Positions 13,185-25,500 of a DNA stretch of 64,000 nt are shown here, in pieces; the first letter of the stretch is position 1, and every line of letters begins with the position of its first letter. The notes below the pieces were generated by a model. It had not been told where the DNA came from. It worked only from the letters and a program-made list of their open reading frames with translations, and did no database searches. This DNA comes from Amoebophrya sp. A120 (taxonomy: Eukaryota > Protista > Dinoflagellata): positions 12,595,621-12,659,620 of the forward strand of contig CAJINV010000002.1 in NCBI GenBank assembly GCA_905178155.1. The letters run 5' to 3'. A program made the position numbers and the translations under genes.

Positions 13185-13662
13185 CGGAGCCTTCCAACGC
13201 AAAAGGAAGTTATTTGCCTCAGAACTTTATACACATGTACATGTTGGGACTCGTATATAGAGTTCTAGGTCCGATATAAAACTCGCAGGCATTGATGCAG
13301 TCGCGTAAATGAACTTGGTACGGTTCCTGTTACTTTATTTTTTCACGGTCGAGGTGATTCATCGCGGTGTCGAAAACACTCTGAAGGAGTTCTATGACTA
13401 CGCATGTATCAATCTCGTTGTACCACGAGTCTCCACTACGCGCTTCGCTCCAACAACTCACTCGTCGCTCTTTGCTGTCCGAACTCACACCTCTGCTGGA
13501 CGAGAAACACCAAGAGCGACAACGAACATCTTTCATAGAGAGCTTCAATTAAATCGGGCAGAAAAAGTGAACGCTTGCTGATGTTCTTGTATCGCGCTTG
13601 TAGAAATCATGTATTTGGTATTCGAATGCGTCAATGCTGCAAATGCAATGCTAGTTTCGCTC

Positions 13663-15752
13663 TCACAAGTCCGGGTCGTCGGACAGCTCATCTCCTTCTT
13701 CGTCATCGTTCGCTGCCCCACCGCCGGTGACGCACAAGGCTCCCATCAGTTCGTTGAGCTCGTCTATTGGCACGTCCGGCAGCTCGTCGTCCTCGTCGCT
13801 GTCTGCCGCGGTCTGTTTCTCCGTATCGTCGTTCTCCTCTCCTGTCTCGCCCGAATTCGCTTGTTCCCCAAGGGCATCAAATTTGTTCCTCCCACTGTCC
13901 TGCTGGTTTTTCAGTAATTTGCCCCGGCGGTAGAGTTTCACGTCTTTTCTCAAATCTTCGTCTTCCTCGATGTCTTGCTGGAACTGCTCGAAGTCCCGTT
14001 CTTCGGTTGCCATCTTCGCAGCCCGGGCCCCTCTTGCCATGTCCTGGTCCTGCACGGCAAGACGACGCAGCTGAAATTTTCGCTTCGCGGTCCGACGGGC
14101 CGTGGAGGCGAGGTACTTTTTCTTGACGAGAATAACATCCGGGAGGTTCTCGGGCTTGACACTGCCGATCTTGTCGTCGTCCTCGCCACTCACGTTCACA
14201 GTGCGCATGTCATACCCGAGCACGTGGTCGCCGGCCTCCACCAAGTGACCCAAATGCGACCTGACCCGGATTCGTTCGTCATTCACGCCGAGGTCGCAGA
14301 CGCGGGCAACCTCGATGTCGGCAAGTTGCATGTGTGCCCGCGGGCCCCGGTTCTTCACGGACACATTTCTTTGCGAGTAATCCAGCGGCTCCTTGTCCAG
14401 CACAACGAACTCCGTCAAATGCTTTCTCGTCATCACCGTCTCGCAGGGGTTTTCCCAGTACTTCACGCCCGCAACATCACAACCCAGGAGAGAGGTCGGA
14501 TCCACCAGAGAAATTTGGGTGCCGACCTGGTAGTTGTGATAGAGTAGTGAGCGATTCATTTGTCTCCCTGGTGTGAGAAAAACACAAAGAGCCTCATAAT
14601 TCAAAAGTCTTGCTCACTAGACAGACACTCTACAACTTCTATTTATGCGAAGCGCAATGACCCAGAGCAGAATTGTTATACCTTGTGCACGAGCAGAAGC
14701 TGACCAGCGAGTCCGTAATTCGCTGCCAATTTCTTCGGCAAAAACACTAAGTCGTCCTTGCAGATGGGCGCCAAGTACACCATAATGGTGTACTTGTAGT
14801 TGTACTTGTTATTTTTCGTGTCGTGGGAAACCAGCGTCCGACTGTTCTCGTGTCTGCAGGGGGCCCACTGCCGCACAAAGTCCGCAAACCGGTGCGCGTG
14901 AGACTGACTAAGAAAGTGAAAATCCAGCCCCTCGGGCGATTGCTGAAGAAAGAGAAGCTTCTCATGGGCGTCGTGCTTTAAAATCAGCTGTTCCAGGTGC
15001 ATCAAGGTGCGCCGGTGGTCCACTCGTTGTCGCACCTGAAGTTTATTTTCAAAGTAAGTTCAGTGGTGATCAAACCAGGTCCAGCGAGGCACACCGAAGT
15101 AGCGGCACATTCATCGCCCCCGCTACGGGCGCAAATCCAATGCAACAATAGGAATAGTGGATAAGTAGATACCAACAGAAAAAAACGTACTAAAAGTCAT
15201 CTACATGATCAGTACCTGCACTGCCGCCTTCCACGTGTGTGGCGTGTAACTTCGCTTACAGTCCTCGCACTGATGATTGTGAATCACGAACTCGATCACT
15301 AGCTCCTGTTGCAACGCCGCGCCGTTGCATCCGTCGATTTCTTTCTGCAAAGTCAGCTTCACCTTCAACCGCTTGCTGTGCTCTTCGGTCCAGATGAAGG
15401 CCGCGTCTGTCAGCTTGACCTTCTTCAAGCCCTTGATCTTCTTCAAGCACAGTGCGAGCAGCTCCTTGGACTCCCGATCGCATGTCATCCACCGGGAATC
15501 GCCGAGGTACCGGTTGCACTCGCGACAGTGGGGGAGCACGATAGACCGGGACAGGTGGTCGGTGATGTCCATCGTACTCTGCATGCAGTTCAGACACATC
15601 CCCGTGCTGTTGCTCTCCATCTGCATACCGCAGTTGCAACAGAGAATGCGAGACCGCTTCAACGCCGGCTCGACGGAAGCAGCGATGTTGTTGGCCATTG
15701 TGTGGTCCGAAGTCGTGGAACACAGTAGGGCTTGCTCTTCGGTTCGCTTCAT
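13663..15752 (-). CDS. NMD3: 60S ribosomal subunit export adaptor NMD3, 3 exons
   Basis: Four CxxC pairs (CCNC, CLNC, CREC, CEDC), SKELLALCLKKIKGL, DAAFIWTEEHSKRLKVKL, AAVQVRQRV. GT-AG introns at 15036-15215 and 14527-14681. Confidence 0.95.
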
Positions 15753-17267
15753 TCTGATGGACTTTCTTCGGTGATGAGGGCGAATATTTTTTGTCTACGA
15801 AAGTCGTGGTAGTAGTTTTTACTCTTGTTTTTTTTTTCGGATTTTTACTCTACTTCTCTTCAACGTGATTCATCGGAAACTTGACTCTAATTGTAACTGT
15901 GACCACTACAACCTCCTTCTCCGGAAAATCGGACGCCGCACGTCCAAACCTGTGTTTAGTTTCAGAAACGGAAAACATCTTTCTGAAGAGCGATCCTAGC
16001 TACTTAAACGGAATCAGAATGTCTTGCAGATCTTCTGAGTTGTTCGGATAGCGTGGTTCCGGATTATGATCCAAAAGTATTCTACACCGTTCCTCTTTTT
16101 TTCTTTGCGATGGATCATTTGTAGGCATTCACTTCGAGTGAAATTTTCACTTTGGAACGCCGTGTGATCATCAAGAAACGCTACCTTACAAAATGAACCT
16201 GTGTCTGCTCCTGTTGTGGATCTTCCAGTCAAAATTTTCCTTGCTGTGCTTCCACTGATAAAAGTTTCTAATTGGCCGATCGATTTGCATTTAGGAGATC
16301 TTCGCAAGCGACGTGTCAGACAGCTTTCGTCCTCTATCGTTCTGCGACACGGTTTGACGCTGCAACTCGCCAGCGCTGTACTGGCGAATCGCGTCGATAC
16401 GGAAAAATTTGCATCAAATTCAATCCCGTCAGTCATTTCGTGCGTTTTTTTTGTCATGTAAGTTCCTCTTGGGCACAGAGTTTTGTCAAAAGCATGTAAA
16501 CATGTAAGTAACTTTTCAACAGTACAGCAATAAAATATGCAAGCTTAACGCGTTTTGCAGCTTCGGTCGGTGTAAAGAGCCAAAAAACGAACATCTATAT
16601 TAGCCTTGTCTAGCACATGCAGAGAAAGTAGAATGGAAATAAATTGGCGGAAAAGTGCTAGCGCTCAAACACGCCAAGTGGATTCCGCACCAAATGGATT
16701 CCGCAACTTAATTTTAGACGCACGTACAGCGACGGAATGCTTGCTCTGTAAGTAATTCTGAAAATCAAAATCTTCAATCTTTTTCACTTAATCAAATGAA
16801 TACTACAGCTCAGCCGGAGATTCGCAGAAACAAATCTCCACCACACTGAGAAGAGAAAAAACCGATATGTCACGGAAAGAACATCGATGAAATTCGTCTA
16901 CATTACTGCACAAATGTATGTACCAACAGCACGACCCTCGTTGCGCCGTCATTTAATGAGAGCATTGACGAAAACTACATGATCGCGCATCTGCATCTCT
17001 GCTTGTGCTTCCAACTATCGATTGCATAACTTCTAGGTAGTGCAGCACATCCCGCAAAATACATCTTCGGAACCACCTTAACACAATACAGGAATTTTCA
17101 AGAGCAGCATCTTTGCAATTTAGACAATCAGAAGCTTATCAAAATGTCGTCTAGGCTGTGGTACTATACATACCTGACCTCTTTCCTGCAATCAAAAATC
17201 ACAGTACTGCGAAACGAAAAGCGATCTCGATCTTGTAAGCGGTGCCTTTCTTAAATGGATCATGACC

Positions 17268-20200
17268 CTAAAATAGCGGCGCAACACTTTGAGACACATA
17301 CTTCCTGTACATCTCAAGTCGCAGGCGGTTGGTGAGTTCCCGCATGCGATCGGTCCACTCGGGGCATGGCATCTCATTTGCAAGAACCTGCATGATATCA
17401 ATAAAGCCGTCGACAATTTCCAATTTTTCTGGGACTATTGACGAATACCGATGTTCTTGCCCAGTGCGCAGTCCCTCCTGCTGCTCCTGGTCAAGATGAG
17501 ATTCACTTGCACCACATGCCGAGCTTCCAGCTGCCTCAGGTGTTCGAAATGCAACTGCGCGGTCGATTCGTAAGCGCGTTGTGCCGGTGCATGGGCAACT
17601 ACTCTTGCGGTCATGATGCTCATCAGGTCCTGAATTTGATGCGCGAGCCGTTACTGGTTCGTGCTTCATTAGATTCATGATGCCTTTGCGCCGGGTGCCA
17701 TTTTCCGACCACACAACCGAGCCGCTTCTGTCTCGTCCCCCACTTGTGCTTGTTTTTCCAGTCGTCACTCCAGCCGAATTCGCACCGTCGACGAAGCCCG
17801 GGTCGGATGGAACTGAATCACTTGTGCTCCGGCCGAAGAAAAAGGCATTCCAACGCTCCTCCGTCCCCGTCAGAGGGCGTAATATGCGGGGCGCGCGGAA
17901 AAGGGTGTCATCCGTCGATGAAATGTCGTCTTTATTACTGCCAGCCTTGTTCCGAAACAGTTGAGACGGCACTGCACTCTTGCCGCCATGATCCTCCCGA
18001 ACAGACCGATCGGGGCGGCTCCTTCCGGCGCTAGGAGAGAGCACCTCGTCTTCTCCGCCTGTCAACGTGTCGTCACCGCCATCAAGTTCCCCGTCGGTGA
18101 GGTGCGAAACATCGTCAGCAAAATCTTCCGGATGCTGAAACAGACTGATTTGCACGTCCTGTCTCGCCGGCTGGACGTAAATTTCGAAATTCCCCCGGAC
18201 AACAGCCGACCGGGCGGCGCACCCTCGCCCATGCGTGTACACGAGCGCTCGGGGGCGGTACTGCACATAGCGCACTACGAACCGCGCAAGCATCGTCACG
18301 GCCTGCGAAAAAGCCTCCCATAGCGCCACTGCCTCCAGCTGACCGCCAAAAGGTGCACTATACAAACTGGACGCCGAAGCTGATGAAGTCGTGGACTCCG
18401 GCTGCGTTCCACCCCCGGATGGCTTCGTTTCGGGAGCTTCGCGCCCGCAAGGAAACAGCTCGCGCAGCCGCACTGCTCGCAGATGTACGTCCAAAATATC
18501 GCGACCGCCGAATACGCGTTGCCAGTCATCCGACGCGGGGAACTTCGTAGCGCAATCCTCTTCAATGGTGACTTGTCCGAACGGCTTGTCTTCTTGTGCA
18601 AAAAAGCGCACGAACGGCGCGTCGGCGGGGGGAAAGACAAAGACGTCGTTGTACAGAAGGATAACGTCCGGCACACACAGCGGAATTTTTCCGTTACGGT
18701 TCAGAGCAAAATCCTGAAGGTGAGAGGGGGCAGAGTCCTGTTTCTGGTGCTGCGGTTGCTGCAATGCGTTGGCACTTACGGAGCCGCGGTGCTGCGCCGC
18801 CAGAAGCAAGTTGTGCCGATCGCTCGATGCGCCTGTTCCAGGGGGAATGTTGGTGGACACCGACAAAGTAGTCGGCAAGTACGGAGGAGATGGCCAGGAC
18901 CGCTGTCTAACTTGATCTCGCTGTTGCACTTCCGGCCTTCGCCAGCTGCTGTGGGAAGAGAAAAGTCCTGACGAGGATGATACCACGGCGCCTGCGACAT
19001 ACGACGATGTTTGAATTGCTCCCGGAGGAGGAATGCCGCTCCTGTGGCTACTTTGGGCCAATGACTGCATCGGCCTTGCACCCGTCGCGATCGGCGCCCA
19101 TCCCTCTAACGCACTGCGCAAACCAACGCCTGACAGTGGTTGCTCCTGCGATGCATCCTTCTTTATTGCTCTGACAGATTCTCCTGAAGACCGCCCCACG
19201 TCCGACGCGCCCGTCGAATGGGGAACACTAAAGCCGGTATCGCTACCGCTTCGGGAAACCGGAAAGACAGACTGCTGAAGTGGCGAATAGCGAACTTGCA
19301 GTGCGCCGCGTTGCAGCGCAGCTAAGACGCGCCAAGCGCGTTTCTGTCTGCGGTATAGGCCGATAGCCAGTCGCTCCCTTGTCTTAGCGTAGAATCGGAC
19401 CAAATTGCTAAAAAGCAAAGAAGAAAAGCCTGTCGCTTGCATCACGCCCTTGAAACGCAGGGTAATCCAGCTCGGCATGGTAATTCCGGCGACGCGGTGA
19501 TCCTCCCCTGCGCATCCGCGATCCGCGGACCTTGCACGCGACGAGACCGTACCGACGGAGGCTGTGTCAGGATGATCCGCGGACGACACTGAAATATTTC
19601 TCCGCACTCCATGTTCCCCTACGGACAGTAAAACTTCGCGCGTCGAGCCGCTACCTGCGTCGCTACCTGTGGAGCTAGCTCCCTCGGAACGTTCCTTGTT
19701 TATTCTCGACTGGCCTCTCCGGCGCCATTCCAATTTTTCCAGATCTTGGGATGGGATCGGCGACAGTGGCTGAAATTTTCTACTTCTGGCTTGGTACAAT
19801 AGGTCCTTGCAAGAATAAGCGCTGCCTCTCTCGTGCAAATGCAGGTCTCTCCCTGAACAAGCGGTGCTTGCACTGGTGGAACCCGTCACGCAGGAGCTGT
19901 TACTTGTCGTACTGCTTTCTGTGTTGGCGGTAATCTGCCGGCTCGACGGGCGCTCGGACGACAAGCGCTCGAACGCCGTACTTTGGCTGTCGGCGGATCC
20001 ACCGTCGGACGATAAACGAGATGAATTCGTCGACTGCCCGGAGAGAGAGCGTCCGAAGCCGGCCGACACCGTTGCAAGTGCGGCGTCGGCGCAAAGGTGC
20101 GCACGAGTCATTCCAGTAGCCGCAGCTCCACCCGTACTTCTTGTTGCGCCGGACGAAGATGCCGAGGCTGCGACACTCGCCGTCGATCCCTGGTAAGGTG

Positions 20201-21842
20201 AAATGATGCGCGGAACTACTTGCGCTGCGCCCTCGCTAACACAGGAAGATGTTCGCTTTGCTGGAACAGGAACGGAGAGGGGTTGCGCTGGCAGAGCTTC
20301 TCTGGTAGCAGGCACCGCCGGACCAGCAGCTGACCACAGTCCGGCGGGTTTGGATTGAGGAAAATTACTACTCGCTGCACTCAGAAACTTTCTCGGAATG
20401 GGGCCGTCGCTGCCGGATGTGGTGTACCAGCACGACTGCATGGAATCTTCCGACCCCGAAGAGGATAAGCCCGAGGAGGCTGCTCCACCTCCGGTCGTTG
20501 TGCCGCCCGAGGCAAAGGGAACGCGACTTGTTTTGGCCGGAGAACGAGGCGACGCCGGAGCCGACGTTTCCGGAGTTGTGTCCCGCGTCCAGGGAATTGC
20601 GAGGCGGCTGTACGCTTCACCGAAAAATGAGAATCTCCGGCCCTGCTCCACAACAATATTTGCAGGGCGCGTTTTCGGCTGGTGTGCTAGAGCCGCAGAA
20701 GTAGTAGCGTTCTTGTTTTCCTCGTGTGTCGTGCTGTTAGAATCTACGAGGCGTGCTGGTTGAAACGGGGATGAGGATGAAGAACTTGAAGCAGGAACGC
20801 AGCTAGCAGAGCTGTTAAAACTACTTCCCTCCGGCGTCCTTCCCAGGCCCACAGGAAACACGTCCGACGGTGCAAGGCAGTACGGCGCTTGCTCCTCTAC
20901 CTTCATGTTGTCCAATTCTTCCTCCGAGGAATCTGATTCGCCGCCGCACGAAAGACGCGCCAAGGCAGCCTCATTCGCGCGCGACATAGATTCAACAAGC
21001 CCGACGGGCTGCTCCTCCTGCTGAGGCGGAGCACCACTGTGAAAAAGTGCTGTAGTTTCTGCCGTCTGGTCCCGGTCACCGTGCTCCGTATGTTGTTCCG
21101 GCTGGTGTGGGTGCTCTTCCTCCTTCTCCGCCGCCTGTTCGTACCGCCGGACGGAAGCACGCAGCGCGTCGAGGTGCGCGTCTTCGACGTTGCACGTCAC
21201 GCCCGTCAACGTAGCCAGCTGGTCAAGCTGGCACAAGTACCGCCGTGGAGCTGTCACTGTACTTGAAGGTGCTCCATAAAGCGCCCCGTTTTGCTTATTT
21301 TCTGTGGCGACATTAATATCTTGCGAGCGGTCAGGGATCCGTGTAGGGGAGGATCGCCCTCCGTTCTTTTGTTGTCGCTCCGGCTCTACCGCTTGTGGCA
21401 TCTGCTGCAACGGATCTTCCTCTGAAAAATCTCGTCGCGCCCTTGTTGCCACTACATCGTCCCCAACAACGCCGACGGGTTTAAAACTCAGACCAGTGTT
21501 GTCCGTGTACCACCTTGTAGGTGGCGCTTTTGTTTCTCTTCCCCGCGTAGCTCCTCCTGTCGCGCAGCTTTCCTGGTTGGCCGTGTCCCCGCCTCCATCC
21601 GCTTGCCGATTGACTTCGCTCGCGTCGCACGCTGCGATGCGATACGCCAGCAGCATCGTGGCGATCCAGGTAGGCGGCGGCTCGCCGTCAGGTTGTCCCC
21701 CAAAATACGGTGCCCACTGATCTTTTTGACGCTCTGCCACGTGCTGCACGCTGCGGTGAACTTTTGCCCCCGTCAACAGACCGGTCGCCTGCACAGCCAG
21801 AGTGCTGCAAAGCAGCCAGGCATTTTTTTCCCGCCGTCGCAT
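17268..21842 (-). CDS. Uncharacterised Ser/Ala/Gly-rich protein (~1520 aa), possible signal peptide
   Basis: Single 4.6-4.8 kb open frame. MRRREKNAWLLCSTLAVQATG resembles a signal peptide. The 5' end is uncertain because a GTAAGT donor-like site overlaps the start region. Confidence 0.6.
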   Translation of the reverse strand: MRRREKNAWLLCSTLAVQATGLLTGAKVHRSVQHVAERQKDQWAPYFGGQPDGEPPPTWIATMLLAYRIAACDASEVNRQADGGGDTANQESCATGGATRGRETKAPPTRWYTDNTGLSFKPVGVVGDDVVATRARRDFSEEDPLQQMPQAVEPERQQKNGGRSSPTRIPDRSQDINVATENKQNGALYGAPSSTVTAPRRYLCQLDQLATLTGVTCNVEDAHLDALRASVRRYEQAAEKEEEHPHQPEQHTEHGDRDQTAETTALFHSGAPPQQEEQPVGLVESMSRANEAALARLSCGGESDSSEEELDNMKVEEQAPYCLAPSDVFPVGLGRTPEGSSFNSSASCVPASSSSSSSPFQPARLVDSNSTTHEENKNATTSAALAHQPKTRPANIVVEQGRRFSFFGEAYSRLAIPWTRDTTPETSAPASPRSPAKTSRVPFASGGTTTGGGAASSGLSSSGSEDSMQSCWYTTSGSDGPIPRKFLSAASSNFPQSKPAGLWSAAGPAVPATREALPAQPLSVPVPAKRTSSCVSEGAAQVVPRIISPYQGSTASVAASASSSGATRSTGGAAATGMTRAHLCADAALATVSAGFGRSLSGQSTNSSRLSSDGGSADSQSTAFERLSSERPSSRQITANTESSTTSNSSCVTGSTSASTACSGRDLHLHERGSAYSCKDLLYQARSRKFQPLSPIPSQDLEKLEWRRRGQSRINKERSEGASSTGSDAGSGSTREVLLSVGEHGVRRNISVSSADHPDTASVGTVSSRARSADRGCAGEDHRVAGITMPSWITLRFKGVMQATGFSSLLFSNLVRFYAKTRERLAIGLYRRQKRAWRVLAALQRGALQVRYSPLQQSVFPVSRSGSDTGFSVPHSTGASDVGRSSGESVRAIKKDASQEQPLSGVGLRSALEGWAPIATGARPMQSLAQSSHRSGIPPPGAIQTSSYVAGAVVSSSSGLFSSHSSWRRPEVQQRDQVRQRSWPSPPYLPTTLSVSTNIPPGTGASSDRHNLLLAAQHRGSVSANALQQPQHQKQDSAPSHLQDFALNRNGKIPLCVPDVILLYNDVFVFPPADAPFVRFFAQEDKPFGQVTIEEDCATKFPASDDWQRVFGGRDILDVHLRAVRLRELFPCGREAPETKPSGGGTQPESTTSSASASSLYSAPFGGQLEAVALWEAFSQAVTMLARFVVRYVQYRPRALVYTHGRGCAARSAVVRGNFEIYVQPARQDVQISLFQHPEDFADDVSHLTDGELDGGDDTLTGGEDEVLSPSAGRSRPDRSVREDHGGKSAVPSQLFRNKAGSNKDDISSTDDTLFRAPRILRPLTGTEERWNAFFFGRSTSDSVPSDPGFVDGANSAGVTTGKTSTSGGRDRSGSVVWSENGTRRKGIMNLMKHEPVTARASNSGPDEHHDRKSSCPCTGTTRLRIDRAVAFRTPEAAGSSACGASESHLDQEQQEGLRTGQEHRYSSIVPEKLEIVDGFIDIMQVLANEMPCPEWTDRMRELTNRLRLEMYRKYVSQSVAPLF

Positions 21843-22561
21843 ACTTACCGGGCGGAAAAGAGAGAACGGTCGTATAAAAATTCTGCTTCGTAAGCATCTA
21901 GAGGTTAAGAATTCCCGGACACTGATTCTTTTTATCTCAACGGAAGTGTCAAACGACTCATTTGGTGCAGATGCCAACCGCTTGCTCACCCGAGTTGTTG
22001 TCGTATGCATCCATGTTTCAAGTTGAACTTCCCATTTTTTTTCGAGTGCCAAAATCAGCACTTGCCTACATAAAAAGTAAGTCTATCTTACATTGCTGTC
22101 ATTGCATCAAGTACCGAGAACGTCTACGTATTCAAACCATGATAGTAATTTCGACTTAATACTAATTCGTTTACCTAATGCGTCGGTTTGGAAAAATTGT
22201 ATCTTGTTAATTTCCTTGTTTTGTTCCTTAAGCTTCTGTCAAAAAACTGCTCCTGGCAAACAATCCAAAACCTACGCAAAAAACTTTGTGAATGATCTCC
22301 GATCTGTTCTTTGGGAGCCTATCGACGGACTTGAGACTCAAAGGTTCACGCGTTCCACATACGGGGATATTGCAACAACATGCTTCTTCATGATTCGCCA
22401 AGAACAGAAAAGGAAAAACTTTGCAGCTCTGTCAACATTTAGTCAACCGGTGTGCTATGCGTGGAAATTATGACGTACCTATGTATTGATACACCACGAG
22501 ATTCCGTTGATGCAGAGATTTTGAGCCTTCAGGCAAAAATGTTGAAAAGTTCCATCCAGAC

Positions 22562-25500
22562 TCAGCTCAGGATCTTCAAAATCTCGTTCCGAATCTCATC
22601 GCCGAGGCGGTCTGGCGCCCCCGAGGGCCGCATCACGGGCTGATTTGTGCACTCCTTTTGTGCCTCCGCGAGCGCGATTCTCGCAACATGATCGCCTCTT
22701 TTGCCAACGAAGTTTTTCTTATTTTTCCCGATCCACGAGGCGTCCTCACTGCTGTCAGCGGACTTCTCTTCCGAATCGCTGCTCTGACCAGGTGGAGGGG
22801 GTCCGCTTCTTCCGGGTTTGTCTTTTTGTTTGATCATACCCAACCTCGCCATATCAGCAACTGCGGCACGCTTCTGCGCAAAAAAACGCTGGATTTCCTT
22901 CCTCTTGGTCTGCATCTTCGCCCTCCTCCGCGCGGTCTGTGCAAATGTCGAAGGAGTGCCTGCCTGACTTAAGTTTGACGTGGCACCGTTCCAACTGTTA
23001 CCAGGGGCTACTTCTGTGGTCTTCAAGACGCTCTTGCCAGCAAGATCGTCTGCATCAGCACCATCTTCGGGCGATGACTTCCCACCTGGAGCTGCAACAT
23101 CCTGCTCCTGGCGTGACTGAGACTGCAACGTTGGTGGTACGCAATTCTTGCGATGCCACGCTGCAATTTCGGACCGCTCTTGCCCTGAAAATAAGAATCG
23201 CGTCCGCAACGCGCTGGCGGACTCACCGCCGACAGTATCGCTATCTGGATGTGCGGGCGGGGCAAGAACTTCCGCGACGATATCCAGATCGTCTTCACCG
23301 GGCGGGATCTGTTCCAGCAATACCGGAATCACTTCGTGCGGCTCAACACCCATGCTGCGTCCTCGCCTGTACTGCTTCCCAAACCAGGACACGAACTCTG
23401 GACTCAGCTTGCTGTCTAGGCTAATCAACGTCTTGCGGACCACAAGCGTTGGCTCCGCATCTGTCGACTCTACTGCTTCCGATGAGTTGTCTCCTTCACC
23501 GGCGTTCTTGCCGCTCCCGGTTTGAAGCTTTTTCTTCGTATATTTCTCTCCTTGACCGCGCGACTTCTTTTTCCGAGAAGTAGTCAGCTCTCCTATCACA
23601 CGGCCGATCTCTTTGTTGAACCGATCGGAAGCGGCGTGAGACGGCCCAACGCCGGGCTGATAGTATTTCTGCACCACCGCGGCGACATCTGGGGGGACAC
23701 ACCGGCCGCGGGGCTTCTGGAGACTCAGTGCCGTCTCGATCGTATCCCTGTCGCAGTCGGCAATTAGCTTCTCAGCTCTTGCTTGTCGGCTTCTAGGCGA
23801 CAACGCGGCCGGGTTGTGCTGATCAGCAGTGCTGCTGCGCTTTGTTGTACTTTGATTTCCAACCGCAAGTTCCGCGGGAGCAACTTTCTCCTGACACGAC
23901 CTGTCAACATCATTTTCCATTAATTCCGACTGCGGACGGTATCCGACCGACGTCGCCGGTAGCCAGACGCGGTTCCGCTTCCTGTCCAGATTCTTGTCGA
24001 AGTTCGCCACGTCGTCTTCTGCGTCGTTTTCTCTTTTTTCCTCCTCCACGACCCCCACGCGGTCCGTGAGCTTGATGAGACCCCGTCGCAGCGCGCACTT
24101 CCGCAGTTCCGCAAATTCCTCACGCCTACCCGCTTCCATGTGTAGCCGCTTCAACCGGGCTTGCGCCACCATCTCCGGCTTCCGGAAGACGCACGACGCG
24201 AGCACCTGCAAGATGCAAACCCCCATCACCGGCACGCTCATGGCGTTCCCGGCGAGCGACTGGATTTTCTGCCGGGTCAACCCGCCGAAGCAGATCTCGT
24301 GCACCGGGAAGCCCTGCAGCGCCATGAACTCCTCCGCAATCAGGTACCGCATTTTCTGCGACACCCACACCCGCCCCGTGGGCAGCACCGTCGGAGCGTA
24401 GTTGTGCAGAAACGTCCCTAAACGGAAATTCTGGCCCAAATCCTGCGTCCACAGCGAGTCCCACCACTGCTGGTTCACCGCTTTCCGCTTGGCGTTCTTG
24501 AGGGCCAGCGCGCGCAGGTTCAGCACTTCCACCTCCCGCATGTTCAGTTTAGTGATCCACGCCCGGCTTGGCAGCTCGTCCACCGGGGTTTCCGTCAAGG
24601 ACCAGCCCATCGCTTGCCGGTACTTGAAGGACTGGCACTCCCACAGGTTCCGGTGCCCGATGCGCGGGCCGCCGCTCCGCGTCAGATACCACTCCTTCTT
24701 GACCGGATGCGCGTCCTCGTCATACATGCAGTGCAGCACGGACAGCTTCTTTCGCATGTCCCGGTCCTGGTGCATCCGCATGAAATCCTCGTTCCACAAA
24801 TCCATGTCAATTTGGAGGGAAACTTTGTCCATGTGCACCCCGATGAAGTAGATCCGGCACCGGCACTGGGGTAGATAGTAGTTTTGCGTGGGCAACCGGT
24901 ACCACCGGACCTTGTAGGGCCCGATCGAACGCAAGTAAGCCATCACGTCGTTGATCGGCCTCTTCCCCCCGCTGCCCGCCGCCGTCTTGGTGATGCCGTC
25001 CACGTTTTCCAGGATGAAGACCGCTGGCTCTTTGTATTTGATGTAGCTGCACACGCCGTGAAACACCTTCGCATGCGGGCCGTCCAGGCAGGGGCGATTA
25101 TTGTTGAGGAAGGAAAAGTCTTTGCAAGGGAAGCCGGCGCAGTAGAAATCCAGATTGCCCGGGCAGGGGACCACCTTCTGCTGGCGATGACAGAATCCGG
25201 CCAAGGACGGAGGGAGTCGCGCGGTGAGGTCGCCGAAGAGCACCGGGCAGTCCGGGAAGTTCAGCTCGATGAACCTGCGGCTGTGCTTCTCGATGTCGCA
25301 GGCAAACTTGTGGTCGACAGAAACCTCCATGCTGCAGTGGTCTCGGAGCGACTTCTGGATTGCTTTCAGCGCAAACATGGGCGCTTCGGCACCGCTGCAG
25401 TCGGTGCCGATCGTGATTTTGGCAAGTGTGCAGAACCGCAGGATGCGGTCCTTCAAATAGTGCGTCATGATCCCCGCCCAGTCCGGGAGGTTGTGTGGAA

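Noticed and set aside
16014-16457. 147-aa minus-strand ORF between NMD3 and the large orphan
   Set aside because: AT-rich, no motif and atypical codon usage, so it cannot be supported as a gene.
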